A DNA stretch of 64,000 nt, from contig JAAILG010000015.1 of assembly GCA_012026655.1 (NCBI GenBank), forward strand, positions 1-64,000, read 5' to 3'. The DNA comes from Hydrolagus affinis. Lineage: Eukaryota. The notes beneath the pieces were generated by a model, which worked only from the letters and a program-made list of their open reading frames with translations, did not search any database and was not told where the DNA came from. A program made the translations under genes and the position numbers. Position 1 is the first letter of the stretch, and the number at the start of each line of letters is the position of its first letter. This document shows positions 9,449 through 22,887 of this stretch, piece after piece.

Positions 9449-12400
9449 TAACTATGAACAATAATGAGAATGTAACGGATTTGAAGACAAATATCTTCAT
9501 GTAATTGGCCACATTGTGCAGGTTTTCTGTCAAGCCTGGGTCGATAAATTGATTTTTTTTAAAATCCTTTTTCCCCCCAAGATAAGCGGGTAATTCTTAA
9601 ACCCAAGCTTTTCTATTGTCGGTGTAAGGCAGCACATTATGTAGAGTCTGAGGAATTCTCTGCTTCAGGGAACATAAGGTCAGGCAAATCCTAAGCAAGA
9701 GTTTCAAGGAGCCAATTGTATAATGTGCAACATTTGGATTTCTTCTTGTTGTATGAATGCAGGGAATATTTACCACAGTACACCGTGGACAAGTGTTCAC
9801 ATGGCAATCCAGGGTTTAAATTGTAGTGTGAAATCAGCGTTACCTTCACTCAATACTGTATCTGCCCTTTTTTTTGTGGAACATCTACCCATTAATGATG
9901 CCGTTTCTGCGCTTCATTAATAATTTACAACACAGGAATCAACAAATAACATACAAAAATGCAGCCCTTAGAACGAGGACAGATGAAAAGAAGCTACTGA
10001 GAGGGAAGCCATCAATCTCCATAAGGTAGAAGTGGATACTTGGCACCTACGACCTGCAGCGTAGCGTGCAAATGGATAAAATATGAAAATCTTCTCTTTT
10101 CTGACACACTCTATAGGCTTCAGATAAAGACTGCAGGGCAGGTACAAGATATTAGTTACAGTTTCATTTCCATGGCTTAGAAGTCACGAATCTGGGACCA
10201 GGGTAAAGTGGAAATCTATCACGGTGCTGCAGGGAGAGGTCGGAACACACTGAGAGCCAAATCTCAGTTATCGAAAATAAATAAATTAAGCTCGAATTCA
10301 TCTTAAGATAAAGATCTCCATGACTAAGGATACTGCTGAAAGATTTGCCTGTTTCAGCGAGATGTTGCAGTCCCGTACAAGCACCAGATTGAAATGAAAC
10401 AGAATTGGTAGATGATAAAAGGCTGAAAACAGAGCTGTCAAGATTGCAGATTAATTTGTAAATCACCTCCTCCTCCTCCTCTCCCCAAACCCCCGCAGAC
10501 ACTCATTTCTGGCAAAATAGAATGGATTTGTACATTATGTCTGAATCCTTGCTCCCCCAGCAAGATTAAATCCTGCAGTTGACTTTAGAGCTACACCAAA
10601 GGAGCATTTTTTTGCTTCCTTGTTGATAGTTTTTTTTTGTGCTCTTAATCATTGTTTGCTTATGAAATACACAATCATACAGTGAATCCTGTTTTGATTA
10701 TGTGATAATATAATATAATATTCTATGTCAAATGCAAGAATTATCCTTATTTTTATTTTGGTCAGCAGGTGAACGATTGCAGCTATTATTTAGAACAGTC
10801 TAAACGTCAGTCTCAGTTTCAACAGGCACTAACCAAGGCTAGAGTAGATTGTCGGTCTGTCACAATCTTCTCAGTATTGCTTTTGTTTGAAAAGCTTCCT
10901 GCGGGAGTTTTGGTAATAGAAGATGCTGTATGAAGATTGCACTTTTGAAACTTTTGAAATTGGTATCAGGGGTTTGGCTTTTCATCATACAGTTTTCACA
11001 TGCAACTTTCTACTCGGGGAAATCAGATTTATGCTGAGCATGCAACAAACTCTGTGTGCAGCAGATACTTTAAAACAGACCGTTTTATGTACTTGTAGCC
11101 AGTCTGTTACAGGAAGGGTCTACACTAGAAATCCTCCTCCCCAGGCAGAGGTAGAATTAGACTTGTTACAGTACAGGTAAGACATCCCAAGATCACAACA
11201 GTTGAAACAATTACATTTTTAGCTCCAGATTATCATCCTTCTAGCCATGTGAGATTGGTTTTGATCCAATTCAGATGGAAAGAAAGTCTTCTTTTTGAAT
11301 TCCTCCCTCTTTTACCAGGGAAATCTGAAGCGAAGTGAGCTTGGTTCGACTCAGAAGATCATTAAGCATCCAATGAAAAAAAGGACATTTGGCCCATTTT
11401 GACATAAAAGCAGAAACCTATTGTTGGTTGGGAAGCATTTTGTTGGCATGTGCCATACACTGGGTGTGTGCAATCGTAGGGGTGGTACGGATGCCTTGTG
11501 ACAGGGGTCGCCCTCTAGCACTAAAGCTTGTCACAATAGCAGGATGGAGCAATGTGACCTTATCCATTATGTTCAATAAAAATCCCATTTGTTATTCACT
11601 GAGCAGGAATATACAGTGGCAGTGAACGTCATTGGGCACAATTCTTCTTCCAACTGCTCACAGTACCTCAGTAAATATGGAGAAATTTTGCACCAGTTGA
11701 GTTGGAATGGGTGCATTCCGCCCAGCTCAATATTGGTGTAAATGGAAAATTAGACTTGTTACACACCATAGGCACTGCTATAAAACCCAAGTGAATCTCA
11801 GTAATAATAATCCTTACATTTGATACAATGTAATGTATCCTTGTCACCGCTTCAAGAGGTCTCAAAGCGCTTTGCAGAATTTACCGTGAAGTGACTGTAT
11901 TTTGTGGGTGAAACAAATAAAATTTCTCTTAAGAACACACTTTGGGGAACATAAATGAGCATGAATTCTTCATCCCTCGATCATAGTCCCAGTAAATCCA
12001 GCAGAGTACAATTATTTCTCAAAGTGGTTTGTTTTATCAAGAATTTGTAGTGATTGCTTGTATAGAGCACTTGTTGGGAGTCCTGATGATTCAGCCTTTC
12101 ATGGGCGATCTTTAATGTCAAAAGGGTTCAACGGCCCAAACACTGGCTTTTAGCTTTGTATGTAATGTGTACAACATCACCTTCTGAGAAAAATGGATGT
12201 AACATAGCGTTAAAGTATTAAAGCAATGTCAGCCGAGGGTGGTGAAGCGAGGTGAGAATCAGATTACTTTAAAAAATGAGCACAAATTAGCAATTTCATT
12301 CCTCTGTGAGGGGTAAGTGTCTGAGTCGGTATGGTCTGAAAACCAACCCGTTAAAGTTCTGCCTGAGGGCATGTTATTAGGGATAAGTGCTGGTATGAAT

Positions 12401-15400
12401 GCTTTGTAGACATTTAAGCTATGCTTGCAGTTATGGAAGAAATGTGTAAATTGGAGGCAGTTGTTTTTTCACTCCCATAATTCTCACGTACCAATTTCTT
12501 TTCAAGTCTATATTCTACTTAAATTCTCATAAAATAAAAGCCACCTGTGTCCCTATTTATTAACTTGTTGGGGTTTCAAGGACAAGATTGTCTCTATTAC
12601 ACAATAAAAGTATTATTTTCTTTATACAGTACATAGTGAGTTTCATCGAATGATAAATTAAAACCATTTCCCATCCCTCAACCTGGAACTTAATTGTGGC
12701 ATCAAAATCCGGCTACGAAAATGGTGAGACTCTTTTGAGGTTGTAGATTTTGGATGGGTGCTCTGGTGATGGTGGTGGTGGGTAGTGTTTTAGAAGAAGA
12801 ATATTCCTGTCACCCATACTATGACTTCTGCCTTATTTACAAAATACAACGGTGCTCGTAATGTTGAAAATGCTGGTTGAAATCCGATCATGTTTTAGCT
12901 GCTCATCAGTCTTAACACCTTAATTGTCCAGGTCCAATATGTAAGACACTTTAACATTGAAACAGATTTATTAAGGTTATCCCACCAAAGGGATAAAACA
13001 ATGCGGCAATTTTTAACTACGTTCTTAATAAGGAAACCAAATGAAGAATCCTTCTGGTAACTGAACTTTCTCCACACTGACTTGCGCAAACTCCACTTTG
13101 AAAGTCTTCTGCTTCAGTGAGGAGATCCCATGAGTCAGAGTGATCTAGTTCCAGTCACTTATTAAGGAATTCCATTAGAAGTTGCCACATCTTAAACCCA
13201 TTTGCCGAGCAAGTAAGGAGAGGGGAGAGGTCATTCTATCTGTCATACTTACCCTCCACAAACTCTATAGTATTTCTCCTAGGATTAACTCTACGATGCA
13301 ATCTCCTGTGAGTCAAGTAACTGCAAACACTGTCGCTAAAATAACGCTCTCTATGAAATTTTCTTTCTAAACCCAGAATGTAATTACGTGAAACTCCAGT
13401 ATATTAATCTACTTTTACAGCGCATAGTGTTCAACTCCACCTTCATGTAATGTGCAGATGACAAATCCATTGTCCCAGCAGCACACGAGACAACATGTTT
13501 TATCGACTATTTGATCACTGGTCCCCATCCTGATCCTTATAAACCTTCAGTCCCATTCTTAAACAGATAGTTATCCAACCCATAATGATGGAAATTTTCA
13601 ATAGAGCATTAGCTGTTTTAGCTGAAGTCTGCTTTATATATTCGCTACTCCACAGGGGTCAAATCTTCAGTTTGTAGTCTCACTTGAGGCTTGTTAAGCT
13701 TTGAGTTCAATTGATCAGTTAAATTGACTTGCCTCAACATTTAAATGCATCGATGTTGATTCCTTCCAGTCTTATTTAAATGATGAGTTGAATTCTTCAG
13801 AATTACTGAGATGAATGTTGCATTTCAGAACTTCCAAAGTGGCAGTTACATTTGTCTGAATAACTTCAATGCGTCAATGCTCTTTTGCAGCAATGGCTCC
13901 AATAGCATACATAAGGATCACTAAGAAATATTTAATTATTGAATCTCAAGGGTTCTCAGGGGGAATTTTTTCAGTTCTTTCTATTTCAGACACATCGAAG
14001 TTTTCCAAATTCAAACATTTGCAAATTTCACAAAATCTGCAAAGAAATACCAAGAGGTAAACCTCAGTAATCTCAACGTGGTGTTTATAAGTGAGTTACA
14101 TGGGTATAAACTTTCAATTTGATTGAATGCTTTGTTTGTTACTTAAGGCAAATCCATAATCACTGGCACCTGAACCCCAATTACTGATTCTTGTGGCCTT
14201 TGTGCTCTTTAAATGAGCGGCAATGCCAAAGGCTGCAGTGCTCCACGAATGCACATATAAAGCACTCAGCAAACATTAAGTTTGATCCACAGTACCTGTT
14301 GATTGTGTGATTTTTTTTTGTAAACGGGAGGCGAAGGACAAGCGTTGTGTTCTTTGTTATCACATGCCGTTTCACTGCATGCCACATTTGCAGAGCAGAA
14401 ATTGATGCAATTTGCAAACCGCTTTGGGGATCTCAGTCCTTGTTCTCATTGCATACACAATCTATTGAGTCACACTCTTTGATCCAATTCCCCAAAAGCC
14501 AATTCTCTATTTGAGGAGCGTTACGACTTCCAGTGCAAAATATGTATGTGGCTGTGATAGCTTGGTTGCCTCTGGTGTTTTCTGTAATAATATGAATCAG
14601 TTCAAATGTTCAACATCTCATAAACGATGAGAGAATTTGTCCAGCTTAAACCTTGTGCTGAAGGAAATTAAGACACGGTTGTGAGAGGTGGGGGAGGGAT
14701 AAGTATTTTTAATGCAAAATACTTCCTTCTAAACCCAGATAGTTGTAGCTTAACGGCTCTTACCAGTTTCTGGCCACTTGCTGCTAATCCGTTATATCAG
14801 ATCTCCAGAGGACGCGCTCAACTCACACAGATTCTGTCAACGAGTGCCTCAGAGTCCAGTTTGCCATCCCTCAGGTCCTGGGCACAAACACTGCGGAGTT
14901 CCACTAGTCTTTTAAAACTTCTGTGCTGTGTGAATTTCACAAGAGTGTTGAATTATAACCAAACACAAAGAATTTGTTTTCTAAACAAAATTGTCTCGGG
15001 TTGCAGTCACACTATAATTGTTCAGCGCTCTGAGATGCTACCCCATGTGAAGGGCACTATGCAGTTGCAAGTTTGGATTGTTATTGCTTATATTGACTAA
15101 TGTTAGCTGTATACCCCTGGTAAATGTAACCCAATAATAGAAAATCAATTACACACTTAACAAGAGTACAATGCAGCAAGAAGTTCTGTCGAAAGGCAAA
15201 CCACTGTTCAGTGTAACTCAGTCTCAATCTTTTCATCAAGGACTGGCACCAATTTTCCTTGTAGAATAATTTAATAATGTTTATGGTGCTCCCCAATGCT
15301 TTCCAGATTCTTTTTAAAGAAAGCCGATTAATAATTTATTGTGAATGGTTCCGTTGACATGTGTCGGTGAAGCTTTTGGAACATTTTTAATCATTCTCTA

Positions 15401-18400
15401 GATACTTTCAGATTGACATCTTTGTTCCACCCTGATGCTGGTGCTCTTAAGTCACAAGTAATGTTCCCCTTATCTCAACCTCCCTACCTACCCCCTAACC
15501 CGCATACATACATAGACAGACAGACAGACACACACACACAGAGTTTGGGAGTTTAATTTGGTGATCCAACCCTGGAGAATGTTTTTTTCCCTGTGAGACC
15601 AGAGGACAGCCCAAAGTAGATTGAGTTTAATGGAGCAGTCTTGTGTGTGAGCACGTCTTACATACTAAACACATGAGAAGCCCGCTGAGCTCGTGTTACA
15701 CGTTACACCTCAGTACATTTCCATGTACTGAGCAATATCAAAACTTTGTCATTTCAGTTGTAAAAGGATTATACGATGATATCTTCTTGTAGCAGTTGTA
15801 ACACTGATCTCAGGGTTGAATACATCACCTTCACCCTGCAGTACAGCTTCTTCTTATTAAGATTGTAGTGTAAATTAGAAAATAAAAAGATGTATGTTAG
15901 GCAATGAATAGAAAAGGGTTGCATGTCGTCGCACCATGTTCCAGAAGAGGGTTGAAATATCCCCCTGAATCCTTCACAGACCCATCACAGTTCTATAAGC
16001 AATTGAGGAAAATGTTCTCCTGTTATACGGTAACACAGTACATCTTAAATAATTCACGAATATGGAACTTCTACTTTATTTTGCAGTTATTGATTTAATG
16101 AGGTGTTAAAAGTAACTCATTTAGATGAATAATTACAGTGTATTCCGTGAAGCACTTTGAGACGCCTCAAAGCGGTGATAAGGCGCCATATCAAATGCTA
16201 AGGATTATTGTGTCTGCAACAAAACTAATTTCAGCATTTTAGCTCTGGGAACTTTTGTTTTTAGAAAGAAGCGTTCTGCGCGCTTTGAAACTCAGATTGG
16301 TGGTGGAGGCGGGACAATAAAATGGGGCGTGTTATGTTGTACAATTATCGCAGGTGGTTCAGCCCGAAGCCGTTGGTTTTAAGGGACAGCGGTTTAACTA
16401 AATCTCTGACGACCTTAATGGCGGCAGTCAGCAGCTTTGGGCCAATCTACTACATTCAAGTCATGGGACTAGGGCTTCCCAAACTTTAGTTACCGATTAC
16501 TTTAACCCCCAATTCTCTGTTATATAGTCAATTTGCGACATGCCACATTTCATACTGATAGACCTGGGTGGTATCAGAGTCAATTTGTGTTTGATTGGAC
16601 AAGGCAATTCTATGTTTCTAAATGACCTACCCGCATGCAATCAATTTGCATTTATACTTTAATGATACATGGATTCTCATACCCATGTTGAATAGTATTA
16701 TAACAAAATGATCTCCAAATAATCATTAAAATAAACAGCTGAAATTAACGTGAAGGATTTCCATTGAGTTTTGCCTCAGTTAATGCCTCAGTTAATATGT
16801 GCGGAGCGATGCCAGTGATCGAGCGGGTGGACCAGAGTTCACTGTCAACCTGTCCACATCTATTGGGAATTGATTCCGTGATTCCCACAGATTGGCATTA
16901 TATTTGTGACTCAAATATGTTTCAATACGTGCTTTCCCTTTGGGACACATTGCTTATGTGTTTGTTGTGCATCAATGGGTGAGACAATGAACATGCTCCG
17001 ATGTTATGTTATAACCAGTACATGTCAAATAGTTCTTGGTTCAGGGAAAAATTGGATTCCATCATTGGAAAGGCTGTTACACTAAATTTCTCATGTCAAT
17101 TTGATGTTTTTTTTGCATGTAGAAAGGTGAATGTACCCCAGGCAATAAACAGAAGATTTAAGGTTTCAGCATGGCATCACATGGCACATACTTGCTTTGG
17201 CAGAACACAGGAAGGACTAACCTTACCTCTGAATTGCAAGCTTGGTGGTGTTCTTGAGTCAAAGAGTCATCCAAGTGTGTGTATGTGTGTCCCCCATTCC
17301 CTCCCACACCTCTTGTTACTTTTTCAAACATTTCTGCCAGGACAAGGCGTTAAAATGTAAGCATTTGGGAATTTCTTTTAAGAATGTTGGTTTGGTGAGA
17401 ACAATTAATCTTTTTGATTTTTCTCCCCTTTGGCATATGCTTCTAGCTAACAGCTTGTCCCCAGTCTCCTCTCCCTGGGCTGCTGTTCCGTAGGCACTGG
17501 TTTGCAATCCAGCATGCCACCCAAGAGGCCATTGTTTACGTGTGATCCTTCTCAGTGAGTGTCGGTCAGTCACTTGACTGGAGAGGATGTCAAGCCATGA
17601 ACCTGACCTTTCTTTAACCATCTGCTCTGTGCGCCTACTACCAGGATGTGGAGCCCTGGGTTTATTATCCCTGCCTGAGTCTGGGATGGCTGGGGTCAAT
17701 TTAACAATAATAATTTCCCCCATTGCAGCCCCAGCAAAGACCAGTTACTCCAGCGCAAAGCAGGATTTGAGCCGGTGAGCTTCTGATCCATAAGCAACAC
17801 CATCATGGCTGCCTGCCCTCCTCCACTAGTCGTGTTTCCTTTTCCAATTGTTTTAAATTACTCCTGAAATTGAAAAGAAAGTAAGATTCTGATGCTGCTT
17901 TTATAGGATCCATCCTTTTAATTGTGTGCGTAATGGCACATGGATTTAGCAGGAAAGCAATATTGAGTTAAAAGAAGAATGATGCACAGTGCAGTTTCTG
18001 CCTCAGGAGGTAGATTCAAAGGCCATTATACTTGATTCGTACCGTTTGTTTAATGGATCTCTCTCAAGTCGTCCTTTCTCTCAGTCTTCCTTCCTCTCGT
18101 GTTACCGATGGCCTCCTTCCATTTTCCATCCCATGGTGTGCATCACCTTTAACAAGGAAGCATTGAGAAAACCAACAAAGCAAGAATGCCATGGCCATTA
18201 TCAAGAGAAAGGTGAGGGACCCAGGTCAACTAACTACCCATGTCCCCACTACCAAATGAGGTTGACGTGCTTTGCCATTGCATTGCACAGCTGCTGGCGG
18301 TCCACATGGGGAAACACTGAATTGCTGAAGGCCAGCGAGCCCTTCACTGTTGCGAAGCATCGGAATATCTCTCAAAGATAATTGGTGGCAGGAGGCAAGG

Positions 18401-19004
18401 CTGTGGTTCTGGGAATTAATTAGCATCATAAACAGATTCTTAAAACGCACATTATCGAGAGTGTGGCTCCTGCTCACCAAACATTTTCCTAATCTGCTAA
18501 AAACGACTTTCTGTGCAACCATCATTATTCTGCAAGCAACCAGGCATACAACAATTAGCCCAAGACATTTTTTTTTGAGCATAGTAAAAAATCTGCTTTT
18601 TGATAAAGCGTTTATGAAAATGACATCAGTCTCAATGTCTCTAGTTTCAAGATAGTCTCAATCAATTATTTATGTTCAATGAAAAATACATTCAAGCTGC
18701 TTCGCAGATTCCAGTTACAGAGTACACGCATTATAGCTGCTCTTATTAGAGCTACAAGCCTCCATAATTAATTTTTAAAATGCATTTCATCGTTAATCAC
18801 TGTCTTGTGCCTTGTTAAGATTGTTCTGATTGTAATTAAAATCTCATTCCTAATACAATTTTGGGCACTTGACATCACTGGGAAGAATGCACCAGCAAAT
18901 AACAGTTCACTTTTAGTGTCGTTATTTTTGCATTTATGTTTTTTTTTAAAAAAATGAAATACTTGTACATAATTGTGCCTATTTATGTTTTGAAATTCCT
19001 TTTC

Positions 19005-19187
19005 GAAAAATAATAATAGTAAATTGGTCACTCAATCCACAGCTGTCTTAGCGGGACACTGCTATACACAATTGGCTGCCTTGTTTCACCCACAAAATAC
19101 ACAGTCACTTTACAATATATTCTGTGAAGCGCTTTGAGATGTCTCGAAGACATGATAAAGCGTTATATCAAATGCAGTGAAGATTAT
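19005..19187 (+). mobile_element. 5'-truncated SINE (young family)
   Basis: aaattggtcactcaatccac..gggacactgctatacacaattggctgcc..ctgtgaagcgctttgag..tatatcaaatgca. Confidence 0.85.
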
Positions 19188-19672
19188 AACTCTGATATCC
19201 GGGACCAAAAGAGAAGCAACCTGATGAGGACTGTTACATAACTATGAGGCTGTGCAGCTTTGACTGGCAAGGTGGCAAGGAATCTTTCAAGATGATAACA
19301 TTCACTGTGTAAAATGAGTGTTTCTCAATGTCTAGGATCTTGGAAAAGCCATGTTTAAAAAAAGTAACTGTGCATAGATGAATAGTACAGAATGCAATGT
19401 CAGACTGGGGTTTTGCAGATCCAAATACAGTATGTATATCAGGGAAAATGGAAGAACCAATAAGAAATGGAAGCAAATTGGCAAGTGGATGCGGTTAAGC
19501 AAAGTCTTTTCAATGTAATTGGTTGGACTTTAAGGGAGTCACATTCCTAAGCTTTGTGCTTCTATCTTTAAGTACAATAGACTAAAAAATTATATTTGTA
19601 TAGCACCTCTCACGTTGAGATGAGGTCCCAGGTTGCTGGTGAAACATAATACTGGTAGAATAACTATATAAT

Positions 19673-19762
19673 CTCTTTTCGGCGGCACATATACTAAAAT
19701 TGGAACGCTACAGAGAAGATTAGCATAGCCTCTGTGCAAGGATAACACACAAATTTGTGAAG
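19673..19762 (+). pseudogene. RNU6: U6 snRNA pseudogene, 3'-truncated (U6 nt ~4-93)
   Basis: ttcggcggcacatatactaaaattggaacgctacagagaagattagcatagcctctgtgcaaggataacacacaaatttgtgaag aligns ungapped to U6 with ~10 substitutions, several of them CpG decay. Lacks the 3' end and oligo-T terminator, and has no TATA box at about -30. Confidence 0.93.
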
Positions 19763-20203
19763 TTATTATTTCCCTCTACCTCCCCCTGCCCTCCATGCTT
19801 GGGTCCTGACCTCTAACTGTCCAGGACGTCCTCACTGGGTACCTAAGGGATTTTCTGAATTATTGTGGTCAGAAGAAAGCCCCTTTGTAGCAATTTCAAA
19901 ATAAAGTAAAATACAAATACTGGGTTGCTTATTAACAATAGACCTTTGTTTCTGTGTTAACCCTCCCCACCCCCACCCCAGCTTTCCTACCAAAAATGAC
20001 TGGGTAGCAGAATTGATTAGCAGTCTTTCCTTTCCGATCTGGGCAAGAGGAAGGAAGATATTCTGTGCCCAGCAAACTGAGTCTGAGCATTCTTGAACTC
20101 AGTATCAAGCGATCTGTCTCACACTTGTGTTCAAAGGCTTTGTGGTCTGTGAAGTGTAAAAAAAAACTCACTTTTATTTAAACAACAAAATTTAAAAAAA
20201 ATC

Positions 20204-20842
20204 TTTGCGTTTAATATAATGGCTTTCACAATGAGAAGACGCCTCAACGTACTGTGAATTCGCTGTGAATTATGGAGACTGTATTTTTGTAAGTGAACGT
20301 GGCAGCCAATTTGGGCACTGCAGTGTCCCACAAACAACCCTGCACTCAATGATCACATTTATGCAAGGGATCATTGTCGAAGACACTGAGAGAAGCTTCC
20401 TTCTCTTTTTGAATAGTACTTTGGGATCTTAAAAGTCCACCTGAATAAGCAAACGGGGTCTTGGTTTAATGTCTCATCCAAAGGACAGCACCTCCCAACA
20501 ATGCAGTGAACTTCCAGCACTGCGTTGGAACATCAGATTACCCTAGACCATGTTACCCTAGATCTTTCTCCCTCATCTTCCTCCCTGACCTTACCCCACC
20601 CAACCTTTCACTCCCTCTTCCCCCTTGCCCTCTTTCCCCCCTTTTCCCTTAATCCCACTTCCATGACTGTTTGTGGGACACTGCTGTGCACAATTTGGCT
20701 GCCGCGTTTCGTCCACAAATATACAGTCAATTTTCCTACTCTTCTTCATCCTGCCCCGACCCCTCCCTCCCTGCTCTTGTCCCTACCTAACTGTACAGCG
20801 AGACTTCCTCTCGATGTGAAAGGCGCTATATAAATGTAAGGG

Positions 20843-20878
<36 letters not shown>

Positions 20879-20940
20879 GGCTTGAACCCATAGCTTTCCG
20901 ACTCAGAGGCAAGAGTTGTACTAACTGAGCTGGGTTGACA
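20204..20940 (-). mobile_element. Older long Deu-domain SINE split by a nested plus-strand insertion (~20560-20877)
   Basis: Head on the reverse strand at 20877-20940 (CAGCTCAGTTAG..GCCTCTGAGTCGGAAAG..GGGTTCAAGCCCC). Body at 20204-20550 (GAGGTGCTGTCCTTTGGATGAGACATTAAACC..CAGGTGGAC..AAGATCCC). Confidence 0.82.
20843..20877 (+). repeat. (TTGA)n microsatellite forming the tail of an L2-type 3' fragment
   Basis: About 8.5 perfect units directly after gtgaaaggcgctatataaatgtaag. Confidence 0.95.
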
Positions 20941-21339
20941 CCATTTAAACCTACACCCTTGAATAATTCTACCTGCCGTCATACACGTGCATCTATGAAA
21001 TTAGTATTTTGAAGACGTGTGTTTCTAATATCGGGAGATTGCAATTTGTGTGTTAAAGGTTGCTGTCTTTGGGAAAAGCATTTGCTCAGCTTTTTCACAT
21101 TAGAGAGGGAGAAGAGCTGTCATTTTCCTGCAGTGTCAGCTTGTGCCAGCGATGTGCCTTCAAAACAATTATACCACGGCATGCGTGTGTATTTGTAAAC
21201 GAGCAGAAAAACAGAATCACCCTCTTCTTATGAAGACCATTGCCCTGTAAAGAGTGCGAAACTCAGGACGTGAAGGAACATTGCACATAAATGATGGATT
21301 CGTAAATTCTATTTTTTGTAACTTCAGTGATTGTTTATG

Positions 21340-21545
21340 TATTTTACGTAACCTATCAATGCGTTATCACCCCTGTCCAAATGAGTGATTGAAGCAGATT
21401 GCCTAGATGTATTTAAGAGGCACAAGGAAGAGGGAATAGAAAAGGATAATAGAAAAGGATGGTGGGGTGGGGGGAGGTGGGAATGGGAAATTTGTGTGGA
21501 ATACAAACACTGGAAAGGACTCATAGGGGACAAATAGCCTTTTCT
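21340..21545 (+). mobile_element. CR1 LINE 3' fragment (degenerate)
   Basis: gtgattgaagcagat..ctagatgtatttaagagg..ggaatacaaacactgg..ggggacaaatagcct resembles the CR1 ORF2 end and 3'UTR. Confidence 0.5.
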
Positions 21546-22887
21546 TCAATCACCAGTTTAACAGGCTAACAGTTTAACTGCTGTTGAAAACTCTTAGGAA
21601 GTCATTCCACATGCGGGAATTCCCAGTCACTCCACATGACACACATGTGTCACACACACTTTCTGAGGTCTTATAGTTTGTTCAACGTTGTGTTCCATGT
21701 TTTCTAAAGACATTTGGGGAGGTAGAGTGAACCTGCCTTTCTATGGTAATGAGTCCCATCTGTACCTTTACCCGTTCTGATCATCTTGACATGCCCCTGA
21801 CTGCAGTACCTGTGAGTTACTCCTTTGTTTCATACCATTATAGCAGCTGCCGCACTCTTCGATGGCAAAGAGATTGTCTTGGGTCTTTTAATGCAATCCC
21901 CTGCCTTTGCATGTTAGCGTACTCTAACATTAAACCTCTCTTTACTGTTACCCAAATATTAGTTAGTCTTCTGGGGATCTGTCACAGATCAAGTGGGAAC
22001 ACTAGCAATCTTTTTGCTCCATGTTTATAATGTGATCGGTAGTTGATGTACCTCTTTGTCCTGTATTGAATTGTTCTTGTAGTTCACCTCATTATTCTTC
22101 ATATTGCTGAATACAGTGGTGTGCAAGTGTCGCACTGACGCATGATTATACTGTATTAAGAAACCAACCCACAGAATATTTGCTGCCTGTACAATTTGCG
22201 AGCTGCAGACAGCATGGGCATGCCTCTGAAGTCAAACACAATATGTATTAAGATGGCTTTTCTTACGTCTTTAAGGGCTTTGCCTTTCAAGGCATTGCTT
22301 TCCACTGTGTCCTGCCATTTACAGTGGCAATCGTGGCCAGATTGGGTGTCTGGATGTTTCATGTAATAAAATGATGAGCCAACTCTTGGGATGATTCAGA
22401 AATTGCCCTGAAGAAACGCTCGCTTGCCATAGACAAAGTGCCAGGTTTCCTGGCGGTTTTGTGGAGTCCTCAACATTGTGTTTCAGTGGAAAATGTCCTC
22501 ATTGCTGCCAAGAGTCTTGTCTTGTAATCCAGTTTAGGAAGATCCCAGTTACTCACCCATCACCTCAGATTTTAGTGAAGCAAATACCTGCTGAGAAATA
22601 AGCATTTAAATAAAACCTTTTGCTAAATCTGCAGGTGTCCTTTTGTGAGTCTTGAGATGAATCAATACTGATACTTCTGCTTGGAGAATTGGAGCACTTT
22701 GCTGCACCATGAGCTGATTCATAGCTGTACTGCTTGTATTCATCTATTCAGTGTGTGGCATCTTCTGGCAGAGTTCATTTTATACTAGGGAGTTGCGAGT
22801 TGACAGAAATTAGAATGATATTTCTTAGGAGGGAATAAGTTGAGAGATAATACAAATTAGACCCTATTGATAATAAAGAATCCAATG

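Noticed and set aside
17989-18655. Cluster of 100-130 aa ORFs, possible RT relic (RPFSQSSFLS)
   Set aside because: Only one weak motif and no coherent domain or splice structure.
19673-19762. Functional U6 gene
   Set aside because: 3' end and terminator are missing, there are ~10 substitutions including CpG decay, and no properly placed TATA box.
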